Shown: piece by piece, positions 1-8,936 of the stretch
Layout: every line of letters starts with the position of its first letter
Numbering within the stretch: the first letter of the stretch is position 1
Origin: a virus
Virus record (IMG/VR): IMGVR_UViG_3300012080_000001
Span: 1 to 61,056 of that record
DNA: 61,056 nt
Reading direction: 5' to 3' (one strand)
Position numbers and translations under genes: made by a program
The notes under the pieces: model-generated
What the model saw: the letters and a program-made list of their open reading frames with translations, nothing else
Database searches by the model: none
Told to the model about the DNA's origin: nothing

Positions 1-123
1 AATATCAAACTTTGCGTTGTGCGCGATTTTACCAAGTGATTCGTTCTCATAGTAAGGCTTTAATCTCTGTATAACGTAGTCGTGTTCTAGTTGCTGTATA
101 TCTGTTTCGTGCTTAGTTGGTAT
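1..123. repeat. Terminal duplication identical to 60934..61056 (circular-assembly overlap)
   Basis: Read directly: the first 123 nt (aatatcaaactttgcg...gcttagttggtat) recur exactly as the last 123 nt of the window. Confidence 0.95.
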
Positions 124-612
124 ATAAGCGTGAATGTTAGCCTTAACTGCCGAAATCACCTGCCCTACGATATAGTCGTTATAGACATCTGTTCCAGTTG
201 TCTCTACATCAAAACAGATTTCCACTTCGTTATCTAGCAAAGAACACAATTCGTCGAGCTTTTCCTTTGAGTTGACTAGCCAGTAATTGTCCGGTGTTTG
301 TTCGACCATTTCACGCCTTATTTGATTTATTCTTTCTTCTTGTAACTTGGCATGAATTCGTAAAGCCTCTGCCTTGCTGAAACGTTTGACTGCACTAACA
401 TCGTCGCGACCAATCGTTCCACAATCCATCGCTCGTTTGACTTCGTGTAACTTTCTCAAATCTGAGTCACTGTTCTTCATAGCTAGAATCCGAGTCCATG
501 CTTCCTGTATTGTTTCTGTTGCGGCAGTTTTACGCTTACTTACTTCCTTCAATGCTGCAGTAGATGTGGACGCTGGTTGTGTAGCCATATTCAATTGAAT
601 GTTTAACTTCAT
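1..612 (-). CDS. polA: DNA polymerase I (family A), N-terminal 3'-5' exonuclease part; continues from 59398..60933 across the circular junction
   Basis: Minus frame is open from ATG at 612 (AAGGAG upstream) to base 1. Translation has FDVETTG (ExoI) and HNAKFD (ExoII). It is in frame with the 59398..60930 ORF once the overlap is collapsed. Confidence 0.85.
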   Translation of the reverse strand, partial: MKLNIQLNMATQPASTSTAALKEVSKRKTAATETIQEAWTRILAMKNSDSDLRKLHEVKRAMDCGTIGRDDVSAVKRFSKAEALRIHAKLQEERINQIRREMVEQTPDNYWLVNSKEKLDELCSLLDNEVEICFDVETTGTDVYNDYIVGQVISAVKANIHAYIPTKHETDIQQLEHDYVIQRLKPYYENESLGKIAHNAKFDI

Positions 613-626
613 TACGCAACATCTCC

Positions 627-1022
627 TTACACATTTTCGGGAATTTTAAGAGGTAATTGCCTCCATTTCGTAGTTACTTCTTCTGCCTTGCACCAATACT
701 CACTAATGGCTCGATTCTCAGCTAAATAAACATTTTCACCAACTACTCCAATAAATACATCACAGTCTGTTAAGTCATATACTTGACCACTGTTTTTCAG
801 ACCGCGAATTACGTAGTAGGAAACATTCTCTTTTTCTCGTACTTTAATCGTCTTAACTTGTATACGTCGTGTCTTACCATTCTTTATTGCAAGCAAGTCG
901 TGAGCCTCTGGTGTGGTGGCTTCATGAACCACCCAACCGTCAGCTATTAACGCAGCCATTGCCAAAAGTTCAGAATGTCTACCTATGCTAGAAGTAGAAA
1001 GTCGACCATTTTTCTGCGTCAT
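627..1022 (-). CDS. Hjc-like PD-(D/E)XK nuclease (putative junction/structure-specific endonuclease)
   Basis: 131 aa; pattern GRHSELLA...HDLLAIKNGKTRRIQVKT resembles the E...D...(E/Q)VK core of archaeal-Hjc-type nucleases. Confidence 0.45.
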   Translation of the reverse strand: MTQKNGRLSTSSIGRHSELLAMAALIADGWVVHEATTPEAHDLLAIKNGKTRRIQVKTIKVREKENVSYYVIRGLKNSGQVYDLTDCDVFIGVVGENVYLAENRAISEYWCKAEEVTTKWRQLPLKIPENV

Positions 1023-1042
1023 ATTAACGTCACTTCCTTTTG

Positions 1043-1768
1043 TTAGAACGGTAGTGGATCATCGTCATTGCCATCGTTTTTAGTTGAAGTTGCGTCAAAT
1101 CCGACTAAGCTAATATCAAATCCAGCTTGTTTTAGTAATTCGATCATCTGCGTTTCATTTTGTTCGTACCAAATCCCGTTAAACACTGACTGGTCAAACT
1201 CTGCAGGAGCTTTATCGAAGTTTGTACGTTGCTTTTCTGTTAAATCTTCTAAATCAAGAGGCGATAACATAACACTTGTAGATGTTCCCGAGCCAACCTT
1301 TTCGAGTTCAAAGGCTTTTTTACCTAACTTACTTTCGTTTTTGCTGATAACAGTAGCGATTGCTTGCGCCTGCTTTTTCGATAAATCTACGATGATATAT
1401 TCGCCTTGATTCAGATTAAAAAACGCCATTGCAAAACGTTGTTTAGCTCGGTATTTATTGGCTTCTTGTCCGTGTTCATCGTTAAAGTCTTTGGACTTAT
1501 CCTTGTGGTATTTGTACGCCTTATCCCAGGGAGTTAGGTTGTCTGTAGGGAATCCGTTTGGCGTTTTTATAGATGGTTCTTTCGCTACGAACGAATTAAC
1601 CTGTTTGAAAATACCGTAGCTGTACGCCAATTGTACGGCTGCTTTGTCTACAATACGAACAATGAACTTACTGCCCGATTTTAATGAAGTAAACTCTCGA
1701 CTTTTATTAATTTCATTACTGGAATTCAATGCCGCTAAAGCGTCAGCACCTGTTGTAAAGTTATTCAT
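1043..1768 (-). CDS. Putative ssDNA-binding protein (non-canonical) with acidic C-terminal tail
   Basis: 241 aa ending NDGNDDDPLPF, the typical SSB protein-interaction tail; lies in the replication module. Confidence 0.5.
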   Translation of the reverse strand: MNNFTTGADALAALNSSNEINKSREFTSLKSGSKFIVRIVDKAAVQLAYSYGIFKQVNSFVAKEPSIKTPNGFPTDNLTPWDKAYKYHKDKSKDFNDEHGQEANKYRAKQRFAMAFFNLNQGEYIIVDLSKKQAQAIATVISKNESKLGKKAFELEKVGSGTSTSVMLSPLDLEDLTEKQRTNFDKAPAEFDQSVFNGIWYEQNETQMIELLKQAGFDISLVGFDATSTKNDGNDDDPLPF

Positions 1769-1819
1769 TAAAAAAATCGTCCCCTTTTTATTTTTATTTT
1801 TTTTGAACAGTGAATGTCA

Positions 1820-1894
1820 CCGTCCGTGAATGTACCGAAGGTATTTTTTTTGATAGGAAGGTGATAGAATTTCCTTCGGTACATTTACGGACGG
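1820..1894. repeat. Long inverted repeat: 22-bp arms, one G-T position, 31-nt loop
   Basis: ccgtccgtgaatgtaccgaagg (1820..1841) pairs with ccttcggtacatttacggacgg (1873..1894). Confidence 0.85.
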
Positions 1895-2018
1895 ACATAT
1901 GGTGTTAGTTTTGCGTTAACTCATTGCACTTAAAATGCATTTCACGTTACTATTACGTCATTATTCTGTTGTATAAGTCGCAGAATGACGTTAAACGTAT
2001 TCTATTATTACGTCATGT

Positions 2019-2186
2019 TTACGTTAATCTAATTACTTTTATTGCTTTAGTAAGCGCTGCGTCATCTTCGTCGCAAGGTAAACATCCGTGATAATCAAAG
2101 TACGTCTGTACGATTCGCGCGTAATTGTTAAAATGTGTAACATTTTCCTGATAATCATTACTATTTACCTCGTCGAATGGTCTCAT
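2019..2186 (-). CDS. Small hypothetical protein (55 aa)
   Basis: ATG at 2186 preceded by GGAGCG; ORF is below the 60-aa track cutoff; translated by hand (MRPFDEVNSNDYQEN...). Confidence 0.4.
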   Translation of the reverse strand: MRPFDEVNSNDYQENVTHFNNYARIVQTYFDYHGCLPCDEDDAALTKAIKVIRLT

Positions 2187-2448
2187 TTATTCACGCTCCG
2201 TTATGTTTTAATGCATTTTTTGTTTAAAAATCACGAGTTCATGCTATAATGCGATTAAAGGCGGTTTGACAATAGTCAATATAGATAGAAACCATACATA
2301 AATAAACCGGCCGTTTAATAGTATTAATATAGGGAATACATACGACGTACTTATAAAGTCGCCAGTATGTGCGCTTGGTTAAGCGTATCGACGGTGGTCA
2401 TACTCATAAAGTAATACCACCGCCAATTTAATTAGCCATAACTGATTT

Positions 2449-3009
2449 TTAGATAGCTAAATATTGCGATACGTCTCCAAAACGTGAATAATCGTAGTTT
2501 TTAGCTAAACGCGTTATACAACGTGTTACTTTTGAGTGGTGAACGCCCATTTCCTTAGCAATGGATCTCATGGATGCGTTCGGTTTTTCTAGGATGAGAT
2601 TTACGGCAGCAACCGTAAATTCGTCCGCTTTATTCGTAAGAGCCTGGATGAGCAGCAACTTGTCCGGGCTTTTTTCTATGCGCTCTAGCGCAACATCTTC
2701 CGTGATGTTATCGTCAGCAAACTCAAACATTACGTTTCCTTCGTCGTCTTGTAAGCCCTCAATGTGGATGACGTTGTCATAAAATCTGCGCTCTTTCCGG
2801 GCAGCAACCCTCTGTGCGCATTGATGAAGTATCGGTTTGATATACGCATCAAACGATATTCGTCCGTCATACCTCTCGTACTTACTAGCAAATTCCTCGC
2901 ACATTGCACTCTCGTATTCTTCTACTGGAATGTTTGTTGCTCGCGAGAATCGCTTAGAGAAAATTGAGATGGTCTTTCTCGTTCTATTAAATTGTTTTTC
3001 AAATTCCAA
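2449..3009 (-). CDS. Phage sigma-70-family (ECF-like) RNA polymerase sigma factor
   Basis: 186 aa; C-terminal HTH ASMRSIAKEMGVHHSKVTRCITRLAKN resembles sigma region 4; N-terminal half is region-2-like. Confidence 0.55.
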   Translation of the reverse strand: MEFEKQFNRTRKTISIFSKRFSRATNIPVEEYESAMCEEFASKYERYDGRISFDAYIKPILHQCAQRVAARKERRFYDNVIHIEGLQDDEGNVMFEFADDNITEDVALERIEKSPDKLLLIQALTNKADEFTVAAVNLILEKPNASMRSIAKEMGVHHSKVTRCITRLAKNYDYSRFGDVSQYLAI

Positions 3010-3321
3010 TTCTATCGCCCCCTTACTCCTCTTATATACATACTTTTTGGTTTCGGCGCACTTTTTTTACTTTTTTTCTTAAATTATAATCAAATAGTTA
3101 TATTAACCATTTTTGATAAAAATAGATACACATTTTGATTATACATAACACAGAGATAACTGTAAACGTTATTAGTATAGGAGAATTTTCATTCCTCGGC
3201 CAACCTCCGGCTCTATTACGCGCAGAAATCGACGTACACAACACGCATGAAAAACGACACCGGCTACGTCACTCTCGAAACAATTGACTTGCTCTGCGAG
3301 TATTTTGACGTCCCTGTGATA

Positions 3322-4407
3322 TTATCTAATACTACGATCCGAATCCGTACGAATACAAGGAATAATCGTAGGCAAGTCGTGCGCATTCTCAAACATTTCA
3401 ATTAGCCCGTCTATCCCCTTCGCAAGTAAAACATCGTTTGCATCCTTATAAGCACTCTCACGCCATTGAATGACGGCTAATTCACGCCCTTTTAACGCTT
3501 GTACAACCTGTGTGTTAAATCTAGCGCCAGCCTTATCGTTATCTCCCGCAACCACTAACTTTTTGAAGGGAAGTCTCTGTATTATATCTTTTTGCTGAGT
3601 AGTAAATGAAACGCCACCGACTGCAATTGCGTTATATCCTGCGACACGCCACGACAAAGCATCTATCTCCGCCTCACATATAATCAAATCGTCATAGGAA
3701 CGATTGTACAAATCTGCTCCGAAAACTAGCTCCCGTATAGGCCTTGCGTTACGTTCGTAGAAAAACGTTTTTCCTTTAGTCGCTCGGTATTTCACGTTAG
3801 ACAACTGACCATCAGGAGAATACCAAGGAATAGCAACAAAGCCGTAGTGACGCGACTTTCCAACTTTTGCTTTGACTTGTACTTCTTCCGAAATACCACG
3901 TTTGTTCAAATATGGAGATGTTTGTATTTCGATAATATCACGATGCAAAACGGTTTTAAATCTATCTCTCCGCAAACTAGGTAAAATGAGTATTATGTCG
4001 CAGTTGTTCGATGATTCGCTATATTTGGACAATAAATATTCCACTGTTTCTTCAAACGTTTCGTTTCGTAGAAAGGAAAGTAGCTTTACAAATCCTCCCG
4101 ACTTCCATTCATCGTCATATGCACCTGAATCGCCCCAAGAGCCTGCTGGATAATCTCCGTTACCTTCAAGTAAGACAAAGAACGAAGGTGAGCGATCATG
4201 TCTAAATGGAGACGCTGCTATCAACTTGTCGTGAGACCATTTTGGACGATGCCATTCAAATTCCTCTAGTTCTGATTGTACGTCAATTTGGACGTCATGC
4301 CCTCGTATTTTAACGATTGCCAATATTGTCCACCCCTTTATTTTACCATAGCCTGAACCCCAACGTATCAATTCTTTATCGTTCGTCATGCGTCGAGATT
4401 TTAACAA
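3322..4407 (-). CDS. DNA primase (TOPRIM domain), with a Cys-less remnant of the CHC2 zinc-finger region
   Basis: TOPRIM motifs CEAEIDALSW and VAGDNDKAG. N-terminal SPFRHDRSPSFFV / GSWGDSG resembles CPFHxxxxPSF / CFGCG but lacks the cysteines. Start codon is uncertain. Confidence 0.75.
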   Translation of the reverse strand: MLKSRRMTNDKELIRWGSGYGKIKGWTILAIVKIRGHDVQIDVQSELEEFEWHRPKWSHDKLIAASPFRHDRSPSFFVLLEGNGDYPAGSWGDSGAYDDEWKSGGFVKLLSFLRNETFEETVEYLLSKYSESSNNCDIILILPSLRRDRFKTVLHRDIIEIQTSPYLNKRGISEEVQVKAKVGKSRHYGFVAIPWYSPDGQLSNVKYRATKGKTFFYERNARPIRELVFGADLYNRSYDDLIICEAEIDALSWRVAGYNAIAVGGVSFTTQQKDIIQRLPFKKLVVAGDNDKAGARFNTQVVQALKGRELAVIQWRESAYKDANDVLLAKGIDGLIEMFENAHDLPTIIPCIRTDSDRSIR

Positions 4408-4552
4408 CAGTTAAACATTTATGCGCTCTACATAAAGCATTTTCCCTTGCGCATTTTCACCATTGAAATCTACTATGCTTAAATTTGTTAAGTAGGCTTG
4501 TACTCATAATATGTCGAATCTTAGAAATTTAGACTATAATATTTTTTAATTT

Positions 4553-5902
4553 CTAAAAATTAAATTGTTCAACAGAACCTTCTCCCGTCTCTATCTCTCT
4601 AACTACCCCTACTTGCGGAACATAAATTATTTCTACAACTTCTCCTTCGCCACCATTTCGACCTTTGTTAATCCCTACTAAACCACGGCCTTGTTTATAA
4701 TCTGTATCGATAGCAATAAGCATTGCTGCATCTTCAAGAAGTGCTTTTGTTTTTTTAACAGCTTCTCTTTCAGGTAATGCTAATTCTCTTACACCGTCTT
4801 CGTCTGTGCTTTCCTTGCCCTCATCAGCTTGTGTTATGGCGATAGTTACTACTTGTAATGAACCTGTTAAACGTCTTAACTTTTTAGATGTTTCAGCAGC
4901 ATCCCCTCCTGCAGTTTTTGATGTGTTACGTTCATAATCGAGGTAGTAGAACGGGTCAATAACTACAACATCTGCTTTAGTTGCTAAAATGTCTGATTCT
5001 AGCTGCTGTAGACTCCGGTTAGTAAAGTCTGGATCATCTACACCTCGTACAATGATGTTCCCAGGCAATTCGTCGTTAAGCATTGAAAGAAATGCTTTAA
5101 ACGCTACTTCGAATTCATGCGCCATCCGTCCACTACGAACATCGTTGGCATTGAAGCCTCCATTAACATTAAGATCAAGTCCTGCTACGTTTACTTGCGT
5201 TAAGCCCTTTCGACCACTGATCGCTACGTAAATACGAACTAATACCTCAAACCATGGCATTTCCATTGACCAAATAAGAACGTTTGCGCCTTTCAAAGCT
5301 AATTCAACGGCTTCTTCGATTGAAGCAATTACAGACTTCCCTCGTCCTGATTTACCGTAATAAACGTACATATTTCCACTAACGTATTCCTTAATGTTGC
5401 TAAACTTACTGTTCCAAGTCTTAAATGACTCTCCTATTTTTCTTCTTTCGAATTCTTCAAGGAATTTTTCTGTATCTGTACGAATATTTGTCCCTATACT
5501 ATCAAGAACACTTGTTCTATTTTTAATATTATTAAACTTTTGCTGTAGATTGTCAATGAGCCGTGGGACATCGTTTTTATACTCATCAAATAACGGTTGT
5601 ATGCCTGTTTGTACCAAGTCAATAAACTCTACTTGTCCAGCGTCATTTAACAAACGACGCGTTAACCATTCGTAGCTATCACTAACTTGTGGTACATAAA
5701 AGAAGTCAGGCACATGTTCGACAACTGTAGCATAACTTGGAGCTTGCCCTCCAGTCTGTTCGGCATATTGGCGAATAAATTCATATGTTTTACGGTCTGC
5801 TTCAACGGTGAAATGTTCTAGAAATATATTGTGCCGTATCAATGCTTGCGGATCGTTATCGTCCAACACTTTTGATAACAATAGTGTTCCGTTGTTGCTC
5901 AT
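4553..5902 (-). CDS. dnaB: DnaB-like replicative DNA helicase
   Basis: Walker A GKSGRGKS and Walker B VVVIDPFYYL. Start moved to ATG at 5902, which has a strong SD (GGAGGTGGAG). Confidence 0.85.
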   Translation of the reverse strand: MSNNGTLLLSKVLDDNDPQALIRHNIFLEHFTVEADRKTYEFIRQYAEQTGGQAPSYATVVEHVPDFFYVPQVSDSYEWLTRRLLNDAGQVEFIDLVQTGIQPLFDEYKNDVPRLIDNLQQKFNNIKNRTSVLDSIGTNIRTDTEKFLEEFERRKIGESFKTWNSKFSNIKEYVSGNMYVYYGKSGRGKSVIASIEEAVELALKGANVLIWSMEMPWFEVLVRIYVAISGRKGLTQVNVAGLDLNVNGGFNANDVRSGRMAHEFEVAFKAFLSMLNDELPGNIIVRGVDDPDFTNRSLQQLESDILATKADVVVIDPFYYLDYERNTSKTAGGDAAETSKKLRRLTGSLQVVTIAITQADEGKESTDEDGVRELALPEREAVKKTKALLEDAAMLIAIDTDYKQGRGLVGINKGRNGGEGEVVEIIYVPQVGVVREIETGEGSVEQFNF

Positions 5903-6090
5903 AACTCCACCTCCTGTAAATAAGTCTAGCACTGCTTTTTCCTTATTCTAAGTCCTCTAGCAATAATATTTAAATAAAGCATCTAATTTATTTTTTACTC
6001 TTAATTTTTCGATATTCTTTAAAATTAATATATTGATCTGAAACAATTATTGTTATTGCTGTTATTACAAATAATATTTCAATTGCAGAA

Positions 6091-6858
6091 CTAATTTGCG
6101 TCAAAATAGCGTTTTCCTCTCAATGATTCTCCTTCAAAAGCAATGACAGCGCATTGTTTTTTATCCCTAACACGGTCATACAATCTACGATCAAATACCG
6201 TTTCCAATTCTTCAATTGGTATATTTGATGTATATACGGTTGGTAATCCATTTGTAACCCGATGATTAATAATTGTATGCAAGTCAGATCTAAATGCCTC
6301 GCTTGCTCCTCGCACACCAATATCATCAAGTACCGCGAAAGGTACATATTTTGCTCGTTCCATCATTTCGTAATATGGCCTACTATATCGTTCGGCCACG
6401 TCTTGTGGTATATTTGAGCGATTAAATCCGTTGTATAACGTTTGCCATGCGTTTACATCAAGAAAGTATGCAGGAGACTGTGTCGGTTGTTTTCCTGCCT
6501 TTAATGCCCCTAGATAGTCAGCAATAACATATTCGTTAAGAAGTGCTGCTGCTGTCGTTGTTTTGCCTGTTCCTGTTTCAACACTAAATAGATAAAGTGA
6601 TTTAATGTTATCAGCACTTGCGTCATAAATGCGTTTAAATGTTTCTACATATCGGTCAACTATTCCATAAGCCTTTTCTTGTCCTTCACGTACAGGTGAT
6701 GTATTAACAGTTACTTGGCTATAGTTTGTTGGGACACCTACGTTAGCCAATCGTCCATTGACACCGATATAGTGTTGACAAGCATTCGGACAATTTGAGC
6801 AACCATTTTTGTTTCGACTATTCAGTATGCAATTTCTTTTATTTATTATCATAGCCAA
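6091..6858 (-). CDS. DnaC/IstB-like AAA+ helicase loader
   Basis: Walker A ETGTGKTT, Walker B FAVLDDIG, N-terminal Cys cluster CSNCPNAC; adjacent to the helicase. Confidence 0.65.
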   Translation of the reverse strand: MAMIINKRNCILNSRNKNGCSNCPNACQHYIGVNGRLANVGVPTNYSQVTVNTSPVREGQEKAYGIVDRYVETFKRIYDASADNIKSLYLFSVETGTGKTTTAAALLNEYVIADYLGALKAGKQPTQSPAYFLDVNAWQTLYNGFNRSNIPQDVAERYSRPYYEMMERAKYVPFAVLDDIGVRGASEAFRSDLHTIINHRVTNGLPTVYTSNIPIEELETVFDRRLYDRVRDKKQCAVIAFEGESLRGKRYFDAN

Positions 6859-7235
6859 TCCGTCACCTCCTCATATTCTTCGGTAACTTGAGTAGTCAAC
6901 TCTTCACGTTTTTCTACTATTTCTGCTTGTTGTAGTAGTCTAGACTGGTACGTCACCATAAACCAAAATGTTAACCCTGGGTATTGCGCTGTTGGCTTAT
7001 ACTCTGCAAAACAAGCATCAATAAAATGTTTCATCACATTTTTACTGTATAAACCTGTCTTACGTGCTGTTCCGATATACTTTACGATTAAATTACGCTC
7101 CGCCACAATACCACTAGAAGAAGTATATAGGATACCAAAGTATTTGACATGTTGATCACATAAGTACGATTGGAAATGTGCGCTATTCCACTTTTCTATT
7201 GGTGTTTCGCTATAGTGCGTTGCTTTCTTCGTCAT
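6849..7235 (-). CDS. Hypothetical replication-module protein
   Basis: 128-aa ORF translationally coupled to the loader gene. Confidence 0.45.
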   Translation of the reverse strand: MTKKATHYSETPIEKWNSAHFQSYLCDQHVKYFGILYTSSSGIVAERNLIVKYIGTARKTGLYSKNVMKHFIDACFAEYKPTAQYPGLTFWFMVTYQSRLLQQAEIVEKREELTTQVTEEYEEVTDWL

Positions 7236-7277
7236 AAATAACGCCTCTTTCTGTAGTAGTAATCGTTCTATATTCCG

Positions 7278-7487
7278 TTAAAGTTGCGATTGTTTTAAGA
7301 TGTCGGTATGCTCTGCTAACATGCTGTCTCCAGTGATGATTTGTTCTAACGAACAGTTTTCGCATTTGAAGATATGAACGCCATATTGCGTTGCATAACT
7401 GAAAATGTGGTCACAACAATTTGTATTTTTTTGCACGTGATTACTGTTAATTCCGATCATTACTTTAACACTCTCCTTTATTAACAT
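7278..7487 (-). CDS. Hypothetical small Cys-containing protein
   Basis: 69-aa ORF with CCDH...CENC. Confidence 0.4.
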   Translation of the reverse strand: MLIKESVKVMIGINSNHVQKNTNCCDHIFSYATQYGVHIFKCENCSLEQIITGDSMLAEHTDILKQSQL

Positions 7488-7554
7488 TGGCGTAATGTTT
7501 TAGATTACGATCATATCGATAAATTAATAGTTGATATGGAGCGATAGCGACATA

Positions 7555-7582
7555 GAGTATTTATGCTTTAGCATGAATACTC
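7555..7582. repeat. 13-bp-arm hairpin (1 mismatch, 2-nt loop)
   Basis: gagtatttatgct tt agcatgaatactc. Confidence 0.8.
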
Positions 7583-7683
7583 GTTAATATTTTAAAGATA
7601 GTAGTATAGTTAAAAAGAAAGTAGTATAGTTCGTGTACCCGGTTTGACACCCCTAAGGCATATCCAATCTGACACTCCTAACA

Positions 7684-7977
7684 CTACATATCGAGCAAAT
7701 AATACGTATTAGTCGTCTGCTTTCCGTCTCCATAAGTACGTTTTTCTCGGCGAATATATCCCAATTTCTCCAACGCTATAAAAGCTTTAAATACACCATT
7801 ACGACTGATTCCGGCAACTTCTGCGATAGTTTGAGCGCTTGGATGCGCCTGCTTACTCATATTGTCCGAATACATGCAGAGTGTCATGTATACTATTTTG
7901 TCTCGGTGAGTGAGCGTTTTATCCTTCGCTAAGGATTGCGGTATCATTACGAATTTGGATGTGCGATAATCGAGCAT
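7684..7977 (-). CDS. Winged-HTH protein of the replication-initiator N-terminal (DnaD/Rep-like) type
   Basis: 97 aa: FVMIPQSL...HPSAQTIAEVAGISRNGVFKAFIALEKLGYIRREKR. Confidence 0.5.
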   Translation of the reverse strand: MLDYRTSKFVMIPQSLAKDKTLTHRDKIVYMTLCMYSDNMSKQAHPSAQTIAEVAGISRNGVFKAFIALEKLGYIRREKRTYGDGKQTTNTYYLLDM

Positions 7978-8103
7978 TCAAAAAAACCTCCTTACCGAGC
8001 TTATATACAAGAAAATCCGATATGGCGCACATCTCAAGTAAAATAAGCCTAAATACCCACTAACTATAACGTAAAATATACGTATATAAGGAAATTAAAT
8101 GTA

Positions 8104-8658
8104 ATGGGGGAATTTGAGGTGAATAAAATTAGTAAACCGTGGCATAAACGCTGGCAAGTTTGGGTTGTGGTATTTATAGCCCTATTAGTTTTAGGTACAA
8201 TATTACCTGCAGCAACTGATAATAAAAATGAAGAAGTTGTAAAATATGAACCGAAGATAGTGGTAAAAGCCGAAAAGACTCAAAATAAAACAGAAACAAA
8301 GAAGATTACTCGGTTAACCAAGGACGAAGTTTTAGAAAATTTTGAAGTTGAGCCTACTACTGAACCATATTTAGATGGGTCATTTACTTTTGTAGGAGAT
8401 CGTACAGATACTGCGGATTACTATTCGTTAGCTGACAATGAGCATTTTAGAAACGCAAGCGTCATTTTTAAAGACGGGCAAATCGTTAGAGTAAAATTGA
8501 TTCCTAACGATGCTAAAAATGTAAATAAACTTTTCGAAAGTTTCGGAATCAAGGACAAGCCTCGCAAATTAAATGGGACTGCCGGCTTTTATGAAGTTGC
8601 ACTAATTCCGAAATACTGGTCGCAGAATATAGAGAAATACCCATATGAGTTAGATTGA
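8104..8658 (+). CDS. Membrane-anchored hypothetical protein
   Basis: 184 aa with an N-terminal TM helix WQVWVVVFIALLVLGTILPA; divergent from the early minus-strand genes. Confidence 0.5.
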   Translation: MGEFEVNKISKPWHKRWQVWVVVFIALLVLGTILPAATDNKNEEVVKYEPKIVVKAEKTQNKTETKKITRLTKDEVLENFEVEPTTEPYLDGSFTFVGDRTDTADYYSLADNEHFRNASVIFKDGQIVRVKLIPNDAKNVNKLFESFGIKDKPRKLNGTAGFYEVALIPKYWSQNIEKYPYELD

Positions 8659-8676
8659 ATAGGAGGATGATTTACG

Positions 8677-8919
8677 TTGACAATAAGATTTACACTAGCA
8701 AATACTCTGCAAAAATATAGCATTCAACAAATTCAACTCGCAGAAGAATCGGGGACACGCCCAACTACTATTAGTCAAATGTGCCGCAATGACATTAAGC
8801 GAGTAAACATCGAAATGATAGAACGTATCATCCCTGCATTGGAACGACTTACTGGCGTAAAACACTCGCTAGAGGACGTCATGATATACGAAAGAGATGA
8901 AGAGACGGACGCCAATTAA
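8677..8919 (+). CDS. XRE-family HTH transcriptional regulator (repressor/Cro candidate)
   Basis: 80 aa, TTG start after AGGAGGA; HTH IQLAEESGTRPTTISQMCRN. Confidence 0.6.
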   Translation: MTIRFTLANTLQKYSIQQIQLAEESGTRPTTISQMCRNDIKRVNIEMIERIIPALERLTGVKHSLEDVMIYERDEETDAN

Positions 8920-8931
8920 GGCGTCTTTTTT
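8908..8931 (+). terminator. Rho-independent terminator
   Basis: gacgcc aattaa ggcgtc followed by T6; the stop codon lies in the loop. Confidence 0.6.
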
Positions 8932-8936
8932 CGTAC

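Noticed and set aside
374-1409. Plus-strand track ORFs 374..598 and 1068..1409
   Set aside because: They are antisense to the polymerase and SSB-like genes, which carry clear motifs.
5933-6090. Hydrophobic minus-strand frame (…IEILFVITAITIIV…) between the helicase and loader genes
   Set aside because: There is no ATG, GTG or TTG start and no SD in frame. I treat it as AT-rich intergenic DNA.
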